Shown here in pieces: positions 25,677 to 38,600 of a stretch of 64,000 nucleotides of DNA. Position 1 is the stretch's first letter. Each line of letters begins with the position of its first letter. The stretch lies in NCBI RefSeq assembly GCF_037042905.1, contig NC_087250.1:8930001-8994000 (forward strand). The letters are read 5' to 3'. The DNA is from Lytechinus pictus (taxonomy: Eukaryota). A model generated the notes under the pieces. The model had not been told where the DNA came from. It did not search any database and saw only the letters and a program-made list of their open reading frames with translations. A program made the position numbers and the translations under genes.

Positions 25677-26069
25677 AGCTAAATGAACGTAGTTGCAGTA
25701 AAACACTGATTTCGTGAGAAAGTCTGTAAAACCAAGGTAAAGTATTGATATATCATCGTGGATCTAGATCTGGTACAGTTACATAAACTGAACTTTGTGA
25801 AATCATAATATCTAGCTAAAAACGATCACACTGAAGATCGCCAACACAGATAGGCACACGTGGGACAGTGTATTATTATTGCTGGAATAAAGACCCGACG
25901 GAAATGACAGAATCCGCGCTTATTTTGCTTATTTCTCAGCAATTACACAATTTCTTCCAGAATCCTTTGGCACATATTTTTTATTCATACAAGCAGACAC
26001 TTTGGTGATCATTACATTAAATTCTGTAAAAAATCATTTTGAGATCGTTCCCACAACTGGAATTTATCT
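25677..26069. mobile_element. Kolobok-like MITE (family also at 28140-28770, 31911-43628 split, ~54945-55725)
   Basis: TTAA TSD, shared interior GTAAAACACTGATTTC..GATCTAGATCTGGTACAG. Confidence 0.75.
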
Positions 26070-26229
26070 TTAAGTGCCGAATAAAATAATAATAATGAAG
26101 AAAGCTATTTTGAGTATCATTGCAAAACAGTTACGAATGATTTGAGTGTAAAATGAGCTGATAATGTGAGCCTGCCATGTCATATAATCGTGTAATGTTT
26201 GGCTCTCCATAGTTAAACCACAACATCAG

Positions 26230-26355
26230 GGGCCGGTTGCATAAAACCTTTCGCCATGAAAAAAACGTGTAATTTTCAATTGCATAGTTTTGTTAGCCAG
26301 AGTTTTTGTTTATTTGCAAGGGTTTTTTATGGCAAAAGTATTATGCAACGGGCCC
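26230..26355. mobile_element. Small Harbinger-like MITE (CWG target)
   Basis: GGGCCGGTTGCATAA...TTATGCAACGGGCCC, CAG/CTG flanks. Confidence 0.7.
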
Positions 26356-26647
26356 CTGACCATTTTTTAGTTAACCAGAATTTAGAACATGGGCCACAAT
26401 GTCTCAGTTAATCAGTTATAGATGAAATGAATTACTCTCAGCCCAGTCTGGTTTAATAAAGTGGAGATAATGTCCGAGCAGGGATTTGAACTCTTGACCT
26501 CATGTTCACAAGTCCAAGGCTAGACCACACAACCCATAAGGTCTCATGAATTATTCAACACTGTATCTGTCAATGCTTTACAGCCTCATTTTGTTGGCTT
26601 TCTCATGAATATTCATAATCCTGGATGTGGTCAAGGTAGTCTCTGTT

Positions 26648-26680
26648 TCAGTCACTGTCTTCCCCCAACTCATCAAATTC
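26648..26680 (-). CDS. PKMYT1: Myt1 terminal coding exon ([10 protein letters not shown])
   Basis: Strong pyrimidine tract ctctgtctttctgtctag, phase 0 match, acidic tail. Confidence 0.7.
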   Translation of the reverse strand, partial: EFDELGEDSD

Positions 26681-29600
26681 CTAGACAGAAAGACAGAGAA
26701 TGGAAAATTCCTGTAAATTCTCAGAAAAATATTGAAAAATTGAAAAAAAAAAAAAAAAAATCTTATCCTCTAACAACTCTGCATGAAAACGAGATTAAAT
26801 ACATTTGCTGTAATTTTGTCAACAATGCTTAAAGGCATGAAATTAAAAACTCAAATTTTTATACTATCAAAGTTCTGATCCATCCGGTGGGAATAGTCAA
26901 ATACTATCACAACATGGGTCATAAAAGTTTATCATACTGGAATTTGAATTTCTTTGGAAAAAAAAAAAGATTAAATGTATTAAAGACATCTTTTTCATAA
27001 ATTTATTTGTTGATACATTCATTTATTAAAGGAGAATGAAACCATTGGAACAAGATAGCTTGTGTGAAAACAGAAAAATCAAAGAAACAGATCAACGAAA
27101 GTTTGAGAAAAATCTGACAAATAATGAGAAAGTTATGAGCATTTGAATATTGCGATCACTAATGCTATGGAGATTCTCACATTGGCAATGCGACAAAGAT
27201 GTGTGATGTCACTTGTGAACAACTCTCCCCATTACTTTAGTATACTTTCACTTAAATTGCCTCTTTTATCACATCTATCAGTAGATCGTGTGTTCTTTCT
27301 ATAGGAGGGCATGTAATACAGATTTTTAAAGAATACATCATGGCTAAAGAGTTTGTATCACCGCAAGAAAAAGCAAAAAGAGACATTTTGGGGGTATTTT
27401 ATAGTCCATCAAAGGGAAAGTTGTTCACATGTGACATCACACATCCTTGTCGCATTGCCAATGGGAGGATCTCCATAGCATTAGTGATGGCAATATTCAA
27501 ATGCTCATAACTTTCTCATTATTTGCCCGATTTTGCTCAAACTTTCTTTGTTCTTATTCTTTGATTTTTCTGTTTTTCCAAAGGTTTCATTCCCCTTTAA
27601 AGTCAGTCATTACTCCATTCATCCACCACACATCCAATCTATCCATCCATGCATTCATCCATCCATGCATGCTTTCATCCATGTAATATGCATTCATCCA
27701 TCCATCCATCCATCCGTCCGTCCGTTCATTCATTCATTCATTCATTCATCCATGCATTCATCCATCCGTCCGTCCATCCATCCATCCATCCAGTCCAAAA
27801 TTTAGCCGTTGTTTAGCAATATTTAAGAATTTTAAGGCAAGGATCTTAAGGGGGGGTAGGCAAAAAAGCCCCCCCCCCCCCCGGCGTTTTGGAATACAAA
27901 ACACCACTTCATTGATTATCACTTTCATGAACTTACCAAACTTAAGCTCCTAGGTTCAATCATACAACTATGTCTCTCTGTCTCACTATCTATCGAGCTG
28001 AAATCTAGTTTACTAGGAGTGCATCTCGGGGTTAGAAGGACCGACGTTCTGGACGGCGAAGGACGCGTAGGGGTACCAATCCATTCTGCACCCCGTACTA
28101 AGCTTACATTGGGACTTCCACATGGACTCAGCCTGTTAAAAGATAAATGCCAGTTGTGGTAATGATCATAATGGCCCATATTCTGAAGTCAGGTTTAACT
28201 TAGACCACGGTCTAACTCTGTGCTAAAATTAAATAAAACCAAAAGTTAAATAATTATGTTTATATTGTATATTTCTTATGTTTACTTTTTTCTTTTCCTT
28301 TTCCTTTTATAATGAATAAAAATACTTCATTTATCATTCCTGAAAATTTTGAACAATTTGGGTGTCATATGAATTGATAGATTGAAAGTGTACTGTTGGG
28401 GATTTGTGCTCCAATTGGCTTTCCATAGTTAAACCACAACTTTACACCAGGGTTTAATTTAAATCCGAGTTCAGACTACGGGCCAATGAGTTTGCACAGA
28501 ATGCAATAAACTGACTACCAAAGTGTCTGTTTGCATAAATAACAGGTGCCAAAGGTGCCAATTGCTGCGAAATCAGCAAAACAAGCATAGGATTTGCGCT
28601 GAATATCAGGTATTTCTCCAAGCGATAATAATACACTGTCCCACATATGCTTATCTCTGAAGTCGATCTACAGGGTTATCGCTATTCACCTTAGATTAAA
28701 CTATTTCACGAAGCTCAGGTAATGACACAGTACCAGATCTGGATCCATGACAATAGGATTTGCCACCGAGCTTGTCGTGGGGGCGCTTTTGCATTTACTT
28801 AATTGAAATTTAAGGACTTCATGCACACTTTAGGTGAATTTCGTAAAAATTTTCAGTAAAAAATGTAAGTTCTCTAACTTTCGGGGGGGGGGGGGGGGAG
28901 GGGGGTGGCAACTGCTCCACCATGACAAGCTTGCTGATGAATAGACCAGTTCTGAGTTACCTCAAGGGCAATTTTGGTCATATCAGCTTTTTTTCTTTCA
29001 TTATGATAGGTAGAATTCAAAGCAAGATATTATGTGAGCATGCCCTACATAGCAGGATGCAGAAATTGCATAGACCTGGGCCCCGTTGTACAAAGAGTTA
29101 CGATTGATCCGATCAATCGCAACTATGGAAAGCCAGCAAAGTCAACATATGAAATGCATGTTTGTTAAAAAAAAATCTAGATATGAATGCATATCCATAA
29201 ATTCATTGATTTCTTGACAATTTGGGGTGTTCTCCTTTGATTACAAAGGACATTTTGCAAATTTCCTGTACAAAAAATTATGACACTAATGGATTTCCAT
29301 AGAGTTACGATTGATCGGATCAATCGTAACTCTTTGTACAACGGGGCCCAGGTGACTAATATAGCACACACATTGAACACTCTATCAAGGTACTGTATTT
29401 ATTACATTTCTGTGAATGCATTAGCATGCTGTTATATCAATGCACTTGGCCAACTGAGAAATGAAAAACCTAATTCAAAAGAATGCATGAATAATCAAGA
29501 CATCAAAGTTGGTGCTTATCTCAATAAATATCAAACCTCCATATTATTTTAGTACAAATGATCTTCTCCTGATCATGCGCAGCAGAGAATAATTTTGCTT

Positions 29601-32600
29601 TACAAATTTGAATAGCATTTTTGGTCATAAGAGAAAAGCTCTCAACTAAGTAATGTACAGTCCTATGTAAAAATATGCTATACGAAAGAGTTTATGCATA
29701 GCAGTCTTTAAAAAGTGTGGAGCAAATTGCGATGCGATACGAGGAAAATTATTCCCTGCACAGAATGGAACTCCGAACTGGCCATTCTCTCGTCATGAAT
29801 ATAGATTTGGTACAGTATGCTGCATATGGCCATATGCCATTGTTGCTACTTACTTTGCTGGTTGTCTGTTTTTAGTGATGGGAGATGAGCTTCTTGGAGT
29901 AGGACCACCGCACTTCTTCTTCTTCTTCAATAGAGTTGGTGTAGATGGAGTCAGTATGCCCTTACTAAAGATGTAGGAAATACAAAACACAGGGCATATT
30001 AAAGCCTGTCTTAACCCTAAGAAGACTGGGGAGGGGGGGGGCTGAATCAGCCCCCCCCCTCGACATTTTTTGCGATAAATCCGCCGCTAAATTTTTTTAA
30101 CCGCATTGCTCGCTGACTTTTTACTTTCAAGTCTCGCCCAACTTTTGAGACCAAAATTGTGACCCCTGGGTAAGCGGTTCCGAAATTACGCAACATTTCG
30201 TAAATACATGCAGACCCAAAATTACTTAAAAACGTGAATTTGTGTACAAATCCAATGCAAATAGTGTTTTTAGCCAAAATTCATAAAATGTATCATTATT
30301 TTTCCTTTTACTGCTTAAAATCAATTAATTTTAACTTGTTTATGGTCAAAATAAAGTCCCTGACAATTTCCACTGAAAAAACAATAAAAAAAAGTAAAAA
30401 AACAAAGAAATACATAAGAAATGTAGAAAACAATAGAATACATCTTATGTATTCTATTGTTTTCTAAATTTCTCATGTATTTCTTTAGATTTTTCGCAGA
30501 ATTTGATATTATAGTTTTGTAGATAATGCCATGGGTAATGCACGTGCCAATTTTCGTCGCGATCGACGTTCAAGATCATAAGGGGGGGGGGCTCCCCATC
30601 TTCTTAGGCGTCGAAATAGCCCAGTCTATTTAGGGTTAACCCTTATCAAACTGGGGGGGGGGGGTCAATTTCTATATGTTCACAAAAAATTAGCATTCTA
30701 CTAGCTATATAAATAGAGTTTAATGCAAAAACATACCAAAAAAAACACCAAAATTAGGGCAGTTTTTTTTTTATACCCTTTTTTGCATATTTATTTCATA
30801 AAGAAATATAAGCAATTAAGTTTTAGAAAATTTTACTATACAGTCTTGTAGTTTACATCCGGCTTAACGCGCGTGCAAATTTTCGCAACGATCGCGCAAT
30901 CAACCGCTGAGATCTGAGGGGGGGGGTCAATCAAGTATATGTTAGTCTGAAATAGCCCAGTTAAGATAGGGTTAAGGTTCGGTAAGGGATACTATGTGAA
31001 TTATCACCCGTATCAGACATCTCTGATTTCGACGGTCATTTATAAAACTGTATTGCCCTAGATTTTCTGAATATCGGGAAAGGATAGGTATATTCTTTGT
31101 CTTTTGCTCGGTCTCCATGCGTGTATTGACTTGGCATGCAGAGACGACGCAAAATATACCTTTGTATTTTCCCTGGTCTCATATCCGGGCATTTAAAGAC
31201 GCGAAGAAAGAGATACGCTTCTGCGCAGCAACAATATATGCAGACCTGCCAACCTCTGGGAATGAAAAATTGTATTCTGTGATAAAAAAAAAGTGTATTT
31301 TCCCCCCAAAAATGTATTTCATAACAAAATGCGCGGCGCACCCGCTCATCGCGGCGCTCAAGCTGCATGCCAGCTAATATGCGCACCGCTCTTGCAGATG
31401 AAAAAATGAAAAAAAAAAAAATTTAAACATGTGTTTGTCTTACCCTGGTTTTAACAAAATGATTGAAAAAAAAACCTGAAATTACATTTAAATAACCATA
31501 TTTGTGTAAGTGTTATGAAATAGAGACATACAGAGATGATTTTTCTCAATAAATTACGATTTTGTAAAAAAAAAAAAAACGTATTTCTTAAAGAAAAAAC
31601 GTACTGCCGTATTTTGGTTGCAAAAACATACTAAATACGCCAAAAATGTACTGGTTGGCAGGTCTGGATATGGCATAACAAAGACAATGCAGGATTCTGG
31701 AACTAGATATGCGTCCCTGGGGACCTAAAAGGTATGTCATAATGGTGAAGTGCTGAGCCTATCAACTGATAAAAACATGACAGATTAGAACCCTATTCTT
31801 AAAAGAAATATCTCAATTTCCATGATTTTTGCTCTAAATGTCTGATTTGGATTTTAATAAAAATATTGACTGGCTCTTCTTTCGGGGAATATCAAATATA
31901 TTGCCCTTAAAGGTAAATGCTAGTTTTGGTAACGATATCAAAATGAAAGAATCCAATGAAATGACCACCAAAGTGTCTGTTTGTATAAATAAAACGCATG
32001 TGCCAAAGGATTCTGGAAGAAATTGTGTAATTGCTGAGAAATCAGCAAATAAGCACAGGATTCGGGTAGAGCGTCGGGCCCGACGCTCAAAGCAATAATT
32101 ATACACAGTCCCACGTGCGCTTATCTGTGTTGGGGAAGTTCAGTCTGAACATTTTCAGCGTAGATTTCAAGATTTCACAAAGTTCAGTTTATGAAACTGT
32201 ACCAGATCTAGATCCTCGATGATATACTGACAATTAAGCCTGGTTTTACAGACTTTCTCATGAAATCAGTGTTTACTGCAACTACTGGGGCCCGTTTCAT
32301 AAAACTTTTGACTTGCAACTGTAACATCTCCCAGGGGACATCCCGATAGACCGCGGGTCCGATAGACCGCGGGTCCGTTAGACCGCGGGTCCGATAGACC
32401 GCGGGTCCGATAGACCGCGGGCCCGATAGACCGCGGGTCCGATAGACCGCGGGCCCGATAGACCGCGGGTCCGATAGACCGCGGGCCCGATAGACCGCGG
32501 GTCCGATAGTCCGCAGTGTGTGTAAAATTATAATAAGATATATCAAATGTCATCGAGAAGACCAAAGGTCAAATGATACGAGGCCATGGGGTTCTATTTG

Positions 32601-35600
32601 GTGCGGTTCCATGGGGGGCCGAGGGGGAACTGCCTCACCCCCCACCCCCAGCTCAAAAAAGAGGGGGAAGAGGGGGGAAAAGAGAGAATAAAAAAAGAAA
32701 GAGGAAGATGGTAAAGAAGATAATAGAAAAGAGAGTAAGAAGGAGAAAGGAAGAGAAGAAAAAGGGGAAAGGAAAAAAAGAAAAAAAGGGAGAAGAAAAG
32801 GGGAAAGAAGAGGAAAAAAGAGGACGGAAAAGGAAGAAAACAAAAGAAAGGAGAAAGGAAAAGGAGGAAAAAAAGAGGAAGGAAGAGAAGAATATTTAAA
32901 TAGAGAGGAAGATGGGAAGAAGGATAAGAAAAGAGAGAGAGAGAGGAAAAGAGAGAGTAAGGGGGAAGGGAGGAAAAACGAGAAAAGAAAGAGGAAAAGA
33001 CAAGAGAGAAAAAAGAGAAGAAAAGGGGAAAGAAAAGAAAGAGAGAAAGGAAGGAAGGAGAATGAGGGTAAGAGAAAGAAAAAAGAAAGAAAAGGAGATG
33101 GGAAACGGTAGAGGGAGATGTTGACCTGGACGTCGATTTGATGGCGCCAAAATAACGTTCGAACTACGGGGCGCCGAATTGATGTTCGATATAGCGGGGC
33201 TCCAAATTGATGTTCGAACTAGGGGAGCGCTAATTTGAATTTTGACCATAATGCGACTAATACATGTTTCAGAGGGGGAGGGAGGGCAAAGTTATATTTC
33301 ACATGGGGGCGCCAAGTTTATGTTCAACCGAGGGCGCCAAACTGACCTTCAACTTAGAGGGCTTCATGCAAATTCATTTTCTACCGGGGGCGCAACATTG
33401 CTCGTATTTCCTGTTTATAGTGAAATATATGTCCTGCCAAAAAACTTAAATTAATGCGGCTGAATTAAAATATCACGTTTTTACGATAGCAGAAAAAAAC
33501 AATGTTTTCGAGTTTTAAGTCTGTTTAGCGAGATAGATACCCTGTTTAGGGTCACAAACAAGGGTTATCAAATTCAGCTCGCGCTACGCGCTCGCAATAT
33601 TTGATTAATGAAATATGCATCCTCTGCTTCAATCCCACATGTAAGTGTTAGTGTTTTTAAAGTCAAAATACATAGGCCGATCCAGGGGGCAAAGATTCCC
33701 CCCCCCCTTGGTGGCGCAAAAAAGGGGTAAGAAACAGAAAAAAAGGAAGAGAAAAAGGACAAGCAATTAGAGTAGGAATTATAACTTAGTCCTTCTTAAG
33801 TCAGTATATAAAAAAATTGAGCTCGTGCTTCGCGCTGGCATCAATAAATTGTTTAATTATATACGCATCCCGACCTTACAGTTTTTTATGCGAACGAGAA
33901 GCACAAGCTGAAAATATTTGATATTCTAACCTGACAACTGAAAATGTATTTTTCATTTCACCATTATAAAAGTTTTCAGCTAGCGCTTCGCAGTCGCATT
34001 CATTTTTTAATAGATATGCATCGTGTTCATCATAACAACTACTAACATAGGCGGATCGAGGCGGCCCGAGGGCAACCTCCCCCTATTGACAGAGCAAATA
34101 AATTGTGAAAAACGGGGAAAGAAAAAAAGGGGGAAAGGAAGGAGAAAAAAGAAGACGAAACATAAAAGGAGGAAGACGAGTGAATAAAACAAGGTCAGGA
34201 GAAGACTTGGAAAACAATTTGTAAAAATATTTAATGTCACTATATTAAAGTTTCGCTCGCGCATCGCGCTCGCATTGCCTGTTCGATAAGATACATATCT
34301 TGCTCAATAGGCTGATATGTAGTTTAAAATATCAATATACAAAACATAATTCAGATCGGACATCGATCTTTCATTATTTTGTTTTATTTACCAATTTATG
34401 TGCTCTGGAAAATGTCCGTTTTATGGTATGAATCAACATTTGCAACATTTTGTGCGCTCGCACTATTTGCCAAGTAGGCCTACCTATTGTCTTTTTATAT
34501 TTCATATAAGATTCTCTAAATATACCTTTTCAGGTGTCTCGATTGTAAAAAAAAATAATAAAGGCCTATGAGCTAGAGCTGTGCGCTCGCATTTTGATTG
34601 GTGAGTTATGTATACATATATATTAATTCTATAACAAACTACTTAAATCCCCCCATTAAAAAATTCCGGATCGCAATTTGCGCTCGCATTATTTGCTAAA
34701 AATAATATCAACCAATGAATCCTATTCAGGATTACAAAAATACTTAAAATATCCAGTTTTCAAGCCTCATGCACTGTCAACAAATTTCACACACTCATGA
34801 GGCTTAACAGATTAATAAATATGAAATAAAATTTGTATGAATTCATAATAACTAAATTGTCCCCTTTTCAAAATAAATGTCAACAAGTTTTAGGAAAAGA
34901 AATAGAAGATAGTCATCATTCTTATATGATGACAAAATGTCCTTAGGCCTAAAATGTCTTGATCCTAGGTCAAATAAATAATAAAATATCAGCTCGCGCT
35001 TCGCGTTCGCATTATTTATATAGTGCTATCAAATTTCCCTATATACACAGTGCTGTAAACAGCGCTTAAATTGACCCTTTTCAAATCGGAATTTCAAATA
35101 TTATTTTCAGCTCGGGCTCTGCGCTCGCATTATTGATTTTTATGATGAAAAATGAAATGTATTCAGCTTGCCAGTATTCTGTCTAACTCTAAAACACGCG
35201 CACGCATGTTTTTGAGATACAAAGCTTGATCTTATTCTAAACGTGCTAAAATTATCCTGTTTCGAATCAAAATATCAAAAAATTTCTGCTCGCGCTTTGC
35301 GCTTGCATTATTATTGTAGTTAGATACCAAAAATTACTCATCCTTTTTCATGATTGACAAACATGAATTGATTGTCCCATTGGGGGATTTGAAATCTCAT
35401 CTTTTTAGGTTGGAACATCAAAAATGTTCAGCTCGCGCTTCGCGCACGCATTATTTAATCGTTGAAATATGTATCGTCTTAATGGCTAACTGCAAAACAT
35501 CCTTAACAGGTCCCTTTTCGACCAGTCCAGAACGAATATTTAACATTTCTGCTCGCGCTTCGCGCCCGTGGTAATTATCTAGTTACGTACGCGTCCTGTT

Positions 35601-38600
35601 CAGGCTCACAAACATTGCCCAAAATGTTCAATTTTCAGGACAAAATACATGAAATTTCATTTTTAGATTACATAGGACTTAAGAGATTATTACACATTTA
35701 TGTTGCTTATAAAGTAAAGCTAGGCAATGACTGTTAGGACATGGGCGTTTTGCCCCCCCCCCCTAAAAAAAGAGAGAATCAAGACTAAGAAAAAATAGAG
35801 AGAAAAGGAAAGGGATTAGAATGAAATATAATATTTTCCAAATATTATGTCAAAATCTATCACAACCTTGTATTTTTGTTATAAAAATGTCAGCATATTT
35901 GCTTGCTCGCTTCGCTCACTGGCAACTTCTTATTAATTTTATGCGATACACAATCTCGAGCCCCCTCGAGATTGTTGGCTCATTACGGCACTGGGACAAC
36001 CCCTTCAAAGAAAAAAAAATCAACTTTGAGCGGCCGATCGGGGTAAATATGGGTGAAAAAATGGCCCCTCACCCTATTGGCGGAAGCTGGGTCCACCCCT
36101 GACTTAGGCTTCCAAGATATAATACATGAAAAATCTATTTTAAAAAATCAGATCGCGCTTCGCGTTCTCATTATTTATTTAGGCCTTGTGAGATACCTCA
36201 ATTTGTTTTTGAGAATGAAATCTCAGATTTTCTTTGACGTCTACCCCCCCCCCATTTCATTTTTTTTACTTGGTGCCCTCGCCACCCCCCCTCCCTTCCG
36301 TGCACTCATGCTGAATAAATACGCAACTGATGAGAATTAGTCGATTGCTTCGAGATTGCATTATTCCCAAAAGGTTATCATTAATATTATTGAGGGGTAT
36401 TCTAACACAACAGTACAGAAACTATAGCTCCCGTCCACACAAAATTCTAGTAGGGCCTACTCTGGTTAGAAGTTAAACCAAATTGAACCCCCCCCCCCCA
36501 AATCGCTCGTGCTTCGCGCTCCCATTGATATTACATTATATATTCATGGATTTTTTTGTCAAGAACACATGAAAAAGTGGTCTTTGATTTTTTTAAAAAT
36601 AAGATTATAAGATAATTCAAATCCATTTAAGGCACTTAAGTTAGCCTGGCCGGGAGGGAGTGGGCGCCATTTTTCGAAAAGTACACATATGGGCGCCAAA
36701 TATCAGGTCAAATTGCCCCCCCCCCCCTCCCTCCACACGAAATCCTGGATCCGCGCCTGGGTTCTATAACAATAACCCAGTTAGGGCAATCACCACCTGA
36801 AAACTACTTAGGTAAATATTATCCCCATATTTTTACCGCCGGGGACTAATACCCCCCCCCCCCCGGAAATTTACCCTCCAGACAATTACCCCGAATAATT
36901 ACCCCTAGTACGGAGCCTTGAAAATGCCATCAACGTGACGACATGGCGTGGTACTTTATCTTGCCATGTCTTAATTAATCATTGGCGGCGGAAGGCAAAA
37001 AAATTTAGGGGGTCCACCTGAAATTTTGGGATGGACACAGGTAAAAAAAATTGACAAGCAAATCAACCAAAATTTATTGGAAGGACGACCAAAATTTTTT
37101 GACAAGAAAAACAGGTTTTTAACCAAAATTAGGGGGGACAAAGATTTTAGGGGGGATTAACCTCAATTAGGGGGGGGGGGGGCGTAGAAAACAAATTGAC
37201 AAGCAAAAAAAAAGGTTCTCAACTAAAAATCTGGGGGGGGGGGCCGTCCCCCACCTCAAATTTAGGGGAGAAAGGTCCCCCCTCCGCTTCCGCCGCCTAA
37301 GTAATTAATACGCTTATTATTTCGACATAGCGATATATTCTATCTTGTCAAGTAGATATGTCCACATGGCGAAATATGAAGTGTACAAGTCCCGGCGAGA
37401 ATCCCGATATATCGCTATGTTGACATGTAACTTATTTAAGTCGACTTGGCAAGATAAAATATCTCGCCATGTTGACATAATAACTTTTTATAAGTGGACT
37501 GACTTGGCAGGATAACGTATCGCGCCATGCGGACATAATAAGCTTATTTAGTCGACATGGCAAGATAAAGTATCTCGCCATGTCGTCGAGTCGATGGCAT
37601 TTTAGAGGCTCCGTATGGCGTCTAGAGGGTAAATTTCCGGGGGGTAACAGTCCCTGACGATAAAAATATGGGGATAATATTTTCCTTGAAGTAGAAGTCA
37701 GGGGGCGATTGTCCTTTGGGTCATCGATATAGAACCCCATGGACTCGTATCATTGACCTTTAACCTCTTGATAGCATTGGATTTAACTATATCCTGATCA
37801 TAATTTTACACACACCGCGGACTATCGGACCCGCGGACTATCGGACCCGCGGTCTATCGGGCCCGCGGTCTATCGGGCCCGCGGTCTATCGGGCCCGCGG
37901 TCTATCGGGCCCGCGGTCTATCGGACCCGCGGTCTATCGGGCTGTAACCATCTCCCATATCTATGGCAAATCTTGTTATTGCAATGGCAACTTGTCATAG
38001 TTGCAAATATCCGTTTCATAAAAGCAATAACAAATTGTTATCGTAAATAAAAATAAATAAATGAAAAATAGTTCGTGAACGAGCCTGCGCCTGATTTGCA
38101 GCTAACAGTCGGTTTTTTTCTTCACACACGTCGTCTGCGAAAAAATTTTGATGGTGAAAGAATTTACGTAAAATTTGAATCGGAGATGTAAGTACTTTCT
38201 AATTATTGTATTTATTCAATTATTACATCATTTGATAAAGTAATAAATAAATCACTTCCGAAAGAATGACATTGATAATACATATCATATTTCCATCGTT
38301 TTCTACGAGGTAAACATGCATTTTGCCCGGGGATATCGTGGAGGCATCATCGAGATGCCGAGTGGTCGCTATCCCGGAGCTTCGGCGTAGTACACGGCAG
38401 TAGTGTTGATGTGTGTGGGGTGGAGCTCGAATGAGCGGCGTTGCGACTCGAGTTGCATCTGTCTTTCTTTCTGACTTTAGTCTTTAATTACCTAATTCAG
38501 TGCGATATGTGAACAGCTGTGTGAGAGTGAGCCTTTATTTTTTTGTGGCTTGGCTTGTTGTGGGCGACAAAAATACAGTCAAGTCTCGAGAAGCATTGAT

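Larger units (their letters stand above)
32334..37949. mobile_element. Foldback (TU-like) element with 17-bp tandem repeats in long TIRs
   Basis: (CCGATAGACCGCGGGTC)n at left and its inverse at right, inner TIR domains, ATCTCCCA 8-bp TSD. Confidence 0.8.

Noticed and set aside
32208..32565. Repetitive ORFs ([16 protein letters not shown])
   Set aside because: Artefact of the 17-bp foldback TIR repeats.
32550..33249. K/E/R-rich and F/S/L-rich ORFs
   Set aside because: Purine-rich low-complexity tract inside a non-autonomous transposon.
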